Of a stretch of 64,000 bases of DNA, positions 27,223 through 35,152 are shown one piece after another; position 1 is the stretch's first letter, and each line of letters starts with the position of its first letter. The position numbers and the translations under genes are program-made. The notes beneath the pieces are model-generated. The model ran no database searches, had not been told where the DNA came from, and saw only the letters and a program-made list of their open reading frames with translations. Source of the stretch: an uncultured Eggerthellaceae bacterium (GTDB lineage Bacteria > Actinomycetota > Coriobacteriia > Coriobacteriales > Eggerthellaceae); the NCBI GenBank assembly GCA_934670115.1, contig CAKUOV010000005.1, positions 172 through 64,171 of the forward strand, written 5' to 3'.

Positions 27223-27385
27223 TGCTATCTCCTTTCCTTTGAGGATGTTGATAGCATGATAATCTGCACATACCCTTGAGCATGTCCGAAGAAAAGTACA
27301 GGTATAAAATTTATTGCAATTTTTGGAATAGACTTCACGCGTCGCCCATATATCCGCGCACGCTATTGCGCGCTGCGTGATAGCG

Positions 27386-27844
27386 TTACCAGTTGCGGAT
27401 GGTTAGCCCCTGGCCGTCGCGATAGCAGCCAAGTGCGATGCGGATAATATCAACCACCCAGCCAAGGCCCAAAAGCCCGAACGTGAAAAGGTAAACGATG
27501 CCCGTTGCAATTTGTCCCGCGTAGAAGCGATGTACGCCAAAATATCCCAAGAACACGGCTAGCAAGAGCGCAACCAGGCGCGATTTGCGGGAGACGTCTG
27601 CGTTTGCATTGTTCGTTGCGGCGTACGCAAAAGCCGCCTGCGCGTTGTTGTTTGCTGCGAAGCCGCGATTAAAAGCACTTTGATCGGCGGAATCGTTGTC
27701 TGCAGGCCCGTAGAAGTTGTTGATGATGACAACTTTGGCATCGCCGTCGGACGCAAAGTGCGTGCCGCAATATTCGCAAAATTTTCCCGTGATAACAGCA
27801 CCGCAATTAGGGCATTTAGAAATACCGTCTTCTGATTTCCGCAT
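27386..27844 (-). CDS. Zinc-ribbon + TM2-domain membrane protein
   Basis: The ATG at 27844 is preceded by AAGGAGA. It has an N-terminal CPNCG...CEYCG zinc ribbon, an Asn/Ala-rich linker, and a C-terminal TM2 signature (LLAVFLGYFGVHRFYAGQIATGIVYLFTFGLLGLGWVVD). Confidence 0.75.
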   Translation of the reverse strand: MRKSEDGISKCPNCGAVITGKFCEYCGTHFASDGDAKVVIINNFYGPADNDSADQSAFNRGFAANNNAQAAFAYAATNNANADVSRKSRLVALLLAVFLGYFGVHRFYAGQIATGIVYLFTFGLLGLGWVVDIIRIALGCYRDGQGLTIRNW

Positions 27845-28125
27845 TGATTCTCCTTGAAACGCAAACAACGCTGCAAATTATACCGCCGTGCAACGCTTTC
27901 CCGCGAATGATTTAACAGGTACCGTTCCGAGAAGGCATTACGAGCTTACCTGGCGGTAAGAACTCCCTTGCTCTTTTGCTGCTCGCTTGCCGTATTGAAA
28001 CTGCGTGAATGGTTTTTGGTTTGCCCCTTGGTATTCGCAGTTGGCTGTGTCTGCTGTTACGTATCATTCGCGTGTATTTCTCTCAGGTGGGCAGGCGCGT
28101 TTTGCAATGTCTTTCCTTCGTTCCA

Positions 28126-28368
28126 CCCATGTTGTTGAAATAAGGGCCTTGGATTCGAAGTTGTGATAGGTTGGAAGTAGGTTGGGGTCGTAAATTTGGG
28201 CATTTTTCGGCGAAAGCTCTGTTACCCATAAATGCGCTTTAGTAAAACCCCAGTTCAAACGCTTACAGGTGAATAGGATTTTTTATCTGCCGAACGCGTA
28301 AAGGCTTCAAGGTACTTCCAACCTAACACAACTTCGAATTTCACCCCGTTTTTTCAACAACATGACCC
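28126..28368. repeat. Long imperfect inverted repeat (about 58-nt arms, about 125-nt spacer) in a 640-bp non-coding gap
   Basis: Arm A is 28126-28186 (CCCATGTTGTTGAAATAAGGGCCTTGGATTCGAAGTTGTGATAGGTTGGAAGTAGG). The reverse complement of arm B, 28311-28368, is GGGTCATGTTGTTGAAAAAACGGGGTGAAATTCGAAGTTGTGTTAGGTTGGAAGTACC. Three perfect 13-nt blocks are shared. Confidence 0.8.
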
Positions 28369-28503
28369 AAATCGAGCCAAGTTGAACTGTTTGCGTCTGT
28401 CCGTGCGCATCTCGGGCGGGGAAGGCCACCCGCAGTATGAGCGTTCGATGTGAGCACGGTGCGCTTTGCGTTTTGGCAGCGCGGCGACTCACACTGCTGC
28501 CCC

Positions 28504-28782
28504 TCATGCCGGCACAGCGTCGGATTCGAATTCCTGATTGAATTTATTGCTGATCGCGATGCTAACTTTTGCTAGATATTCCAGATACACTCGGTACAGA
28601 GCATGGGGAGATGGGTCAATGCCCATACCGTCCCCGCTGAAAATCAGCTCGCGTTTCTGGAAATCGATGCAGTTCTTCTCGAAGTTCTGTATGAATTCAA
28701 GCAGCTCATCACGTTCTTTAATAAGGTTTTGCAGGTTGTCGGTTTTAAGCTCTTCAGCGTACGTTTCAGGTGAAATCATCAT
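28504..28782 (-). CDS. Hypothetical small protein (92 aa)
   Basis: The minus-strand ATG at 28782 (MMISPETYAEELK...) is preceded by AAGGAAGG. It is helical and acidic; no family recognised. Confidence 0.45.
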   Translation of the reverse strand: MMISPETYAEELKTDNLQNLIKERDELLEFIQNFEKNCIDFQKRELIFSGDGMGIDPSPHALYRVYLEYLAKVSIAISNKFNQEFESDAVPA

Positions 28783-29078
28783 GGTTTGTGTTCCTTCCTT
28801 GCGTGGTATAGGGTCCGTAGAATCGCCTGGTTGCAATCCTGTTTTCCTGTTTGACCAAGGTTTATGTTGAAACTGAACCTAAGATATCCCATTGTAAAAA
28901 ATCGCTTGTCCGTTTTTTGGTACATACTAGCGACTATAGGCGTTTATGGCATCTGAAAAGGGAAAAACGTTACGTTTGGTGCCTATATAAAACGTGCCAA
29001 TGTGGCCGAGAACACATAAAGTCGATTTTCCCTGTTGTAAATGGTATAATTAGGCCACTGTAAGAAAGGAGGTGCGCC

Positions 29079-29336
29079 ATGCAGACGTGCGTACCCGTTA
29101 AAGACCTCAAGGACACTGCATCGTTTGCGAGAAAGGTTGAGCAAGCGTCCGGTCCAATCACCGTTACGAAGAACGGCTACGAGGTGTTTTATGCGCTTCG
29201 ACCTGATTATTACGAAGCGCTTCAACAAGAGGCCGCGAAAGCCCAGTTGCTCTCGCGCATCATGCTTGCAGAGCAAGAAATCGACTCCGGCGATTATGTG
29301 GATGTGTTCGAGTTCTTGGATAAGTCCGAGGCATAA
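29079..29336 (+). CDS. Phd/YefM-type antitoxin
   Basis: 85-aa ORF preceded by AGGAGG. VPVKDLKDTASFARKVEQASGPITVTKNGYEVFYALRPDYYEAL fits the prevent-host-death antitoxin N-domain. It lies 2 nt upstream of the toxin gene. Confidence 0.7.
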   Translation: MQTCVPVKDLKDTASFARKVEQASGPITVTKNGYEVFYALRPDYYEALQQEAAKAQLLSRIMLAEQEIDSGDYVDVFEFLDKSEA

Positions 29337-29338
29337 AA

Positions 29339-29641
29339 ATGGCTAAAGTGGTCATCACCAAAACGGCGCAGCTGGAATACTTGAGCATCGTGAATTACTT
29401 GGAAGGAGCGCTTGGAAGTTCCCAAGCGGCTCAGAACTTTAAACAAGAGTTCAGGGTGCAGATGATACAGCTGCGTGATATGCCCGAGCTATTCAGCGTG
29501 AGCGCTATGTCCGAGCTGGCGGCAAAAGGCTACCGAATTGTGCATATAAATAATTATCTTGCAGTTTACAAATTAAAAGGCGACACCGTCTACGTTGGTC
29601 ACGTGTTCCATCAATCGCAAAACTATGCAAGGTATGTTTAA
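29339..29641 (+). CDS. RelE/ParE-family toxin
   Basis: 100 aa. Its size, tight coupling to the antitoxin, and C-terminal YRIVHINNYLAVYKLKGDTVYVGHVFHQSQNY fit RelE/ParE. Confidence 0.7.
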   Translation: MAKVVITKTAQLEYLSIVNYLEGALGSSQAAQNFKQEFRVQMIQLRDMPELFSVSAMSELAAKGYRIVHINNYLAVYKLKGDTVYVGHVFHQSQNYARYV

Positions 29642-29702
29642 CGGAAACGGAAACGCCGCACTTGCATGCGGCGCCCCCTGCCTATTCGATTAGAAGCCTT
29701 CT

Positions 29703-30518
29703 TTAATCATCAAGATGATCGACGGCGTATTGCGCTTCTTCTTCGGTGAATTGTTCGCCGTATTGGCTAATTAGCTGGTCATATACGGCACTTTTCGACA
29801 TGTTCATGTTCTTGTAGTAAGACTTGGCTTTCGCAAGAGCGTTCTGGTTCCAGTCGGCCTTAACGTGGTCAATTGCGTACTGAGCTGCATCTTCGGGGAA
29901 GCCTTCGCCGTAGCTGCTGATCAGCTGGTCGTATATTCCTGCTTTCGACATATGCATGTTGTCGCTGTAGCTCTGCGCTTTCTTCAGTGCATTTTTGAAC
30001 TCTGTTGATACTTCGGGCTCTTTCAGGTTTTTGACAGCATCAAAAATGTTGTCGTAGGCCTTCTTGATTTCGCTTTCGCTTGCGTCTTCCTTGTCAATGA
30101 CGGCTTTTGCCTCCGATAACGCCGTTGCAAGGCCTGCTTGGCTTTCCTGGGTGTACTTGGCAAGCGTATCGGGGTCAAAGTTCATGTATTGATTATAAAC
30201 GGCTTGCAGCGTTGACTTATCAACGGTTTTGTTTGCCACCTGGGAAGATGATGCGCTTGAGCTTGATTCCGATGTTTGAGATTCGCCACCGCTGCCGAAT
30301 GAGCCAATAATCCCCAGTACAAGAATGATTATGACGGCGATAAACCATTTTCTCTTATAGAAAGGCTTGTCTTTAGGTGCAGCCTTTTTATCGGTCTGCG
30401 GGATTGAAGTTTGCGTGAGTTGTGGTTCGGGTGTTCCGGTTGCGGTATCCGCTCCGCAATTCGGACAAAATCTCGAATTTTCGGAATATTCGCTTCCGCA
30501 GTGATTGCATGTGGGCAT
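29703..30518 (-). CDS. Membrane-anchored Ltp-family (host cell surface-exposed lipoprotein-like) protein with N-terminal zinc ribbon
   Basis: The ATG at 30518 is preceded by AGGAGG. It has CNHCG...CPNCG, a TM segment (WFIAVIIILVLGIIGSFG), and two Ltp repeats (KKAQSYSDNMHMSKAGIYDQLISSYGEGFPEDAAQYAIDHV; AKAKSYYKNMNMSKSAVYDQLISQYGEQFTEEEAQYAVDHL). Confidence 0.75.
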   Translation of the reverse strand: MPTCNHCGSEYSENSRFCPNCGADTATGTPEPQLTQTSIPQTDKKAAPKDKPFYKRKWFIAVIIILVLGIIGSFGSGGESQTSESSSSASSSQVANKTVDKSTLQAVYNQYMNFDPDTLAKYTQESQAGLATALSEAKAVIDKEDASESEIKKAYDNIFDAVKNLKEPEVSTEFKNALKKAQSYSDNMHMSKAGIYDQLISSYGEGFPEDAAQYAIDHVKADWNQNALAKAKSYYKNMNMSKSAVYDQLISQYGEQFTEEEAQYAVDHLDD

Positions 30519-30720
30519 GGTTCCTCCTGTCGTTTCGAAAATATTGTGCTGCTGCATAACACTGAAGCTGAACCCAGGATATTCTTTTTCGAAAACAAGC
30601 TTGTCCGTTTTTTGGGACATGGCGTGAACTTGCAATTATTTATAGTGCTTGAAAAGGGAAAACGAGCCAAAAATGATTGCCCGCGGTAAAATGATGCGGG
30701 GCAAATTAAAGGAGGGCGCT

Positions 30721-31317
30721 ATGGATTTCTTCCAATCGTTTTACGACCGAAATGGCGACGGAAAGCTTACAGGCTTCGAGCGCGTTCGCTACGAAGAGGA
30801 CAACTGGGCATATCCGGGCTCTTTGGTGCCCCACACGACAACCACCGATCCGCAGCTGAAAAAAGACTTGGGCTACGACGAAGATGATGACGATAAGCCG
30901 TATTTCAGCGTCGGTAGTCTTTATGACGATGATGACAACGACTTCGACGATGACGACCCGTACGACACGTACGACGAGTACGACGACTGGGATGGCTTCA
31001 GCATTGAGCATGGTGACATGCTGGACGATTTTGACGACTTCGGGGAAGAAAACAGGTATTGGTTCGCGCCCCGGAACAGCGAGGACCTTATCGGAGCGAT
31101 TGACACGCCAAAGTATTTAGAGGAGCCGCGCGTCCGGGCGCACCGCTGCTACAACTGCAAGCACTGGGTTGACACAAGGTCAACCTGCAATACCCGCGAT
31201 GACGGATGCCGTGTTTATTACCGCTTGAAGATTGACCGCATTCTGAAAAACGACGCTCCCGATCTGGATGGTGAAGTCTGCGACCATTTCGAATTCAGGC
31301 ATGGTGACCGCGGATAG
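30721..31317 (+). CDS. Hypothetical protein: EF-hand-like loop, poly-Asp tract, Cys-rich C-terminus
   Basis: The ATG at 30721 follows AAGGAGGG. DRNGDGKLTGFE fits the 12-residue EF-hand loop. A long Asp/Tyr-rich tract follows (DEDDDDKPYF...DDDDNDFDDDDPYDTYDEYDDWDGF). The C-terminus has CYNC...C...C...C. Confidence 0.5.
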   Translation: MDFFQSFYDRNGDGKLTGFERVRYEEDNWAYPGSLVPHTTTTDPQLKKDLGYDEDDDDKPYFSVGSLYDDDDNDFDDDDPYDTYDEYDDWDGFSIEHGDMLDDFDDFGEENRYWFAPRNSEDLIGAIDTPKYLEEPRVRAHRCYNCKHWVDTRSTCNTRDDGCRVYYRLKIDRILKNDAPDLDGEVCDHFEFRHGDRG

Positions 31318-31611
31318 CAAAAGCAGCGCTCCAACAGCGTGCGAGCTGCTTGTCGCTTTGCATTGTGTCTTCGGGCCGATGCCGGCTTGGCTACGGCTCG
31401 CCCGTCCGCAACGCGCCATCGACCAGCGGTAAGCGCTGTGTCTTCGCGCGGCTCCAACGTGATATCCGCCGCAGAAATGTCAGGGTTCTAAGATGCTTTT
31501 CGTTCCTGAAGAGCGGTTGCGTTATAATTTCGCACTTGAAAGATAGGTTTTAACGCGAAGCGATGGCGCACGAATCAAGAACAAAAACCGTGCGCTTTAA
31601 GGAACGTTCAT

Positions 31612-34113
31612 ATGGCGAATTGCTGCGAGCCTGGCACTGAAATGCCAGCTATTTCCATTGATGCAATGGGCGAAGGGCGCCCGTCGGTTGATATCGACGC
31701 CGCCGATGATGCTCTGACCCTGAATCTTCTCCCCATTGGGAAGAACGCGCTTATCCAGCAAGTGGGTGGAGAAGGCGCGCTCCGCCAGCACTTTCTGGAC
31801 ATGGGTCTGATTCCCGGCGCCCACGTGACCATGGTGAAGCACGCCCCTATGGGCGACCCTGTTCAGGTGCGCATTCACGGCTACGAGCTTACGTTGCGCT
31901 TGGAAGATGCGGCACGCATTACGCTGTGCGATGTGGTGGACGAAGAGATTGCGCGCATTGGCGATGCCCAGCGAAACACGGGGCAGCCGCAAAAGCGCGG
32001 TGTGTTCCCGGGCGGGCATCCTCACGAAACCGATCACCCTGGCTTTGGCGAAGGCGGCCGCTACCACAACGCATCCGAGGAAACGCCGCTGCCTCAAGAT
32101 AAGAAGCTGACGTTTGCCCTGGTGGGAAACCAGAACTGCGGCAAAACAACGCTGTTCAACCAGCTCACGGGCTCCAACCAGCACGTGGGCAACTTCCCCG
32201 GTGTCACGGTTGATCGTAAGGACGGCCCGCTGCTTGGCCATGCAAATACCCTGGTCACAGACTTGCCAGGCATCTATTCCATGAGTCCGTATTCCGCGGA
32301 AGAGATCGTTACGCGCCAGTTCGTGCTGGAAGACAAGCCCTGCGGCATCATCAACATTGTGGATGCAACGAACATCGAGCGCAATCTGTATCTGACCATG
32401 CAGCTCCTTGAGCTGGATATTCCCATGGTGCTGGCACTGAACATGATGGACGAAGTGTCTGCAAACGGCGGATCGGTGCTGGTCAACGAGCTGGAAGCGC
32501 AGCTGGGCATTCCTGTTGTGCCCATTAGCGCCGTGCAGGGCGAAGGCATTGACGAGCTGGTGAACCACGCCATGCACGTGGCGTATTACGGCGAAGGCCC
32601 CAAGCGCCAGGACTTCTGCGACGCTACGGAAAACGGCGGCGCGGTGCATCGCTGCCTTCACGGCATTATGCACTTAATTGAAGATCACGCCCAAAAGGCG
32701 GGCATTCCCGTGCGTTTTGCCGCATCGAAGCTGGCAGAAGGCGATCCGCTGGTTGCGCGTGCGCTGAATCTGGACGAAAACGAGCTGGAAACCATCGAGC
32801 ACCTTGCGTTGCAAATGGAGGCAGAAAGCCACCTTGACCGCGCGGCGGCGCTGGCCAGCATGCGTTTTTCCTTCATCGAGCGCGTCTGCGGCCTGACCGT
32901 GGTAAAGCCGCACGAAAGTCGCGAACACGCGCGCAGTCAAAAAGCAGACCGTATCCTTACGGGACGCTTTACGGCTATTCCCGCATTTATCCTGATCATG
33001 TTGGCGGTTTTCTTCCTGACCTTCGAAGTTATTGGCGCGTTCCTTCAAGATTTGCTTGAAACGGGTATTGGCGCGCTGGACGATGTGTGCGCAGCCGCTA
33101 TGGAAAGCGCCCAGATAAACGAGGTGCTGCAATCATTTGTGATTAACGGCCTTTTCGGCGGCGTGGGCAGTGTGCTGTCGTTTGTGCCTATCATCGCCGT
33201 GCTGTTCTTCTTTCTGTCTATGCTTGAAGACAGCGGTTACCTGGCACGCGTGGCATTCGTCATGGACAAACCGCTGCGCAAGCTGGGCCTTTCGGGGCGC
33301 AGCATTGTACCCATGCTCATCGGTTTCGGCTGCAGCGTGCCCAGCGTTATGGCAACGCGCACGCTTCCCTCGGAGCGTGACCGCAAGCTGACCATCATCC
33401 TTACGCCGTTTATGAGCTGTTCGGCAAAGCTGCCCATCTACGTGTTCTTGGGCGAGGCATTTTTCCCGCAGCAAGCGGGCCTGGTTGTGGGGCTGCTCTA
33501 CGTTCTGGGCATTGCTGTGGGCATCTTCGTGGCGTTTCTGCTGAAGAAGTTCGTGCTGAAGGGCGAAGCCGTGCCCTTTGTTATGGAGCTGCCGAACTAT
33601 CGCATGCCGGCGGTGAAAAACGTTGGTCACCTGATGTGGGATAAGTGCAGCGAGTTTTTGCGTCGCGCGTTCACGATTATCCTGCTTGCGGTGCTGGTGA
33701 TTTGGGCGCTGCAAACGTTCAGCTTTGGACTCAACGTGGTGCAGGATTCCGCCGACAGCATGTTGGCACAGATAGCGGGCCTGCTTTCGCCTGTTTTGGC
33801 CCCGCTGGGCCTGGGCGATTGGCGTATTGGCACAGCGCTGGTATCGGGCTTCATTGCGAAGGAAAGCGTTGTGGCCACCATGATTGTGCTTTATGGTGGC
33901 GCATCGGTTCTTGCAACGGCGTTTACGCCGTTGGCGGGTGCGTGCTTGCTGGTGTTTTGCCTGCTCTACACGCCGTGTGTGGCAGCAATTGCAAGCATCA
34001 ACCGCGAACTGGGTGGAAAATGGGCGCTGGGCATTGTGGTTGGTCAGTGCGTGGTGGCGTGGATTGTGGCGTTTATCGTGCGCTGCGTGGGGCTGCTGCT
34101 TGGTCTTGCGTGA
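31612..34113 (+). CDS. feoB: Ferrous iron transporter FeoB with fused N-terminal FeoA domain
   Basis: It has a FeoA-like SH3 segment (LIPGAHVTMVKHAPMGDPVQVRIHGYELTLRLEDAARI), then the FeoB G-domain (ALVGNQNCGKTTLFNQLTG...GNFPGVTVD, DLPGIYS, LNMMDE) and a polytopic membrane domain. Confidence 0.9.
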   Translation: MANCCEPGTEMPAISIDAMGEGRPSVDIDAADDALTLNLLPIGKNALIQQVGGEGALRQHFLDMGLIPGAHVTMVKHAPMGDPVQVRIHGYELTLRLEDAARITLCDVVDEEIARIGDAQRNTGQPQKRGVFPGGHPHETDHPGFGEGGRYHNASEETPLPQDKKLTFALVGNQNCGKTTLFNQLTGSNQHVGNFPGVTVDRKDGPLLGHANTLVTDLPGIYSMSPYSAEEIVTRQFVLEDKPCGIINIVDATNIERNLYLTMQLLELDIPMVLALNMMDEVSANGGSVLVNELEAQLGIPVVPISAVQGEGIDELVNHAMHVAYYGEGPKRQDFCDATENGGAVHRCLHGIMHLIEDHAQKAGIPVRFAASKLAEGDPLVARALNLDENELETIEHLALQMEAESHLDRAAALASMRFSFIERVCGLTVVKPHESREHARSQKADRILTGRFTAIPAFILIMLAVFFLTFEVIGAFLQDLLETGIGALDDVCAAAMESAQINEVLQSFVINGLFGGVGSVLSFVPIIAVLFFFLSMLEDSGYLARVAFVMDKPLRKLGLSGRSIVPMLIGFGCSVPSVMATRTLPSERDRKLTIILTPFMSCSAKLPIYVFLGEAFFPQQAGLVVGLLYVLGIAVGIFVAFLLKKFVLKGEAVPFVMELPNYRMPAVKNVGHLMWDKCSEFLRRAFTIILLAVLVIWALQTFSFGLNVVQDSADSMLAQIAGLLSPVLAPLGLGDWRIGTALVSGFIAKESVVATMIVLYGGASVLATAFTPLAGACLLVFCLLYTPCVAAIASINRELGGKWALGIVVGQCVVAWIVAFIVRCVGLLLGLA

Positions 34114-34150
34114 TGCGCTTCTTGTCGCAAAAGCCAGGTGAAGAATAATT

Positions 34151-34930
34151 ATGGGAACAAAAAAGTACTTCTTCTTTGATTACGATGGAACGCTTGCTAT
34201 TCCGCTTACGCGTAATATCCCCGATAGCACGCGTGAAGCGTTGCGTCTTTTGGAAGCGCAGGGGCATTTTGTAGCGCTTGCCACGGGGCGTTTGCAGTGC
34301 AACGCGCTCGATTTCATTGATAGCGCGGGCATTCGCAATGTGGTGTCCGATGGCGGAAATTCCGTTACGGTAGATGGCAAGCTGTTATGGATGCGCTCGC
34401 TTGACTTGCCTCCGGTGAAAGCGTGTCTGCATCGCCTTGATGAGCTGGGCGTTCCCTGGGCAGTAACTACGGATAACGTGCCGTGGCGCGTGTCAAGCAA
34501 CCCCGATTTCGCAACGATATCAGGCGATTATTATTTGCCTACGCGCTATGACGCCAATTTGGATATTGATGCATTGGCCCAGGTCATGAAAGTATATATT
34601 CCGTGCGCTACAGAAAATATACCCGCACTGGTGGCCACGGGCGTACTAGATGACGTGCCGTGGGTTACGTATAATTCGGGGGCGCTGTTCGTTGAGCCCA
34701 TGAATAAAGACGTGGGAATTCGCTTCCTTATGGACTATTTCCACGCGCCGTACGAAGATGCGGTAGTATTTGGCGATGGCAAAAACGATATTTCCATGTT
34801 TTGTCCGAGCTGGACGAGCATTGCCATGGGAAATGCCGTGCCTGCGCTGAAAGAACGCGCCGATTACGTGACGGACGCGTGCGACCAAGACGGCATTTAT
34901 CATGCATGCCGTCATTTCGGGTGGATTTAG
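34151..34930 (+). CDS. Cof-type HAD-IIB family hydrolase
   Basis: FFFDYDGTL (motif I), ATGR (motif II), and FGDGKNDISMF (motifs III/IV). Confidence 0.8.
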   Translation: MGTKKYFFFDYDGTLAIPLTRNIPDSTREALRLLEAQGHFVALATGRLQCNALDFIDSAGIRNVVSDGGNSVTVDGKLLWMRSLDLPPVKACLHRLDELGVPWAVTTDNVPWRVSSNPDFATISGDYYLPTRYDANLDIDALAQVMKVYIPCATENIPALVATGVLDDVPWVTYNSGALFVEPMNKDVGIRFLMDYFHAPYEDAVVFGDGKNDISMFCPSWTSIAMGNAVPALKERADYVTDACDQDGIYHACRHFGWI

Positions 34931-35152
34931 TTGCGTTCGGCCAGGTTGCGCTGGCATGTGCGTGGTTGTCGCAGGCGGTGCGGCTAGCGCGCGGCGGGGA
35001 GTTCGTGATTGCCGCGAGCTTGACGGTCGGTGCGGATGGATTGAGCGGGGTTGCGATTTGGGTATCTGGCTTGTAAACCGAAGCGTTGACGGCTGGCTCT
35101 GGCTCTCGGCGTAAGCGGTGCGTGCGCAAAAAAAGAGGGAAGGGGAGGACGC

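Noticed and set aside
30884-31120. Alternative-frame ORFs lie within the poly-Asp gene: a Thr/Met-rich 78-aa ORF on the plus strand, and Val-rich and Ser-rich ORFs on the minus strand.
   Set aside because: They are frame-shifted readings of the GAC/GAT-rich repeat tract. The frame with the RBS, the EF-hand loop and the Cys-rich tail is the only coherent one.
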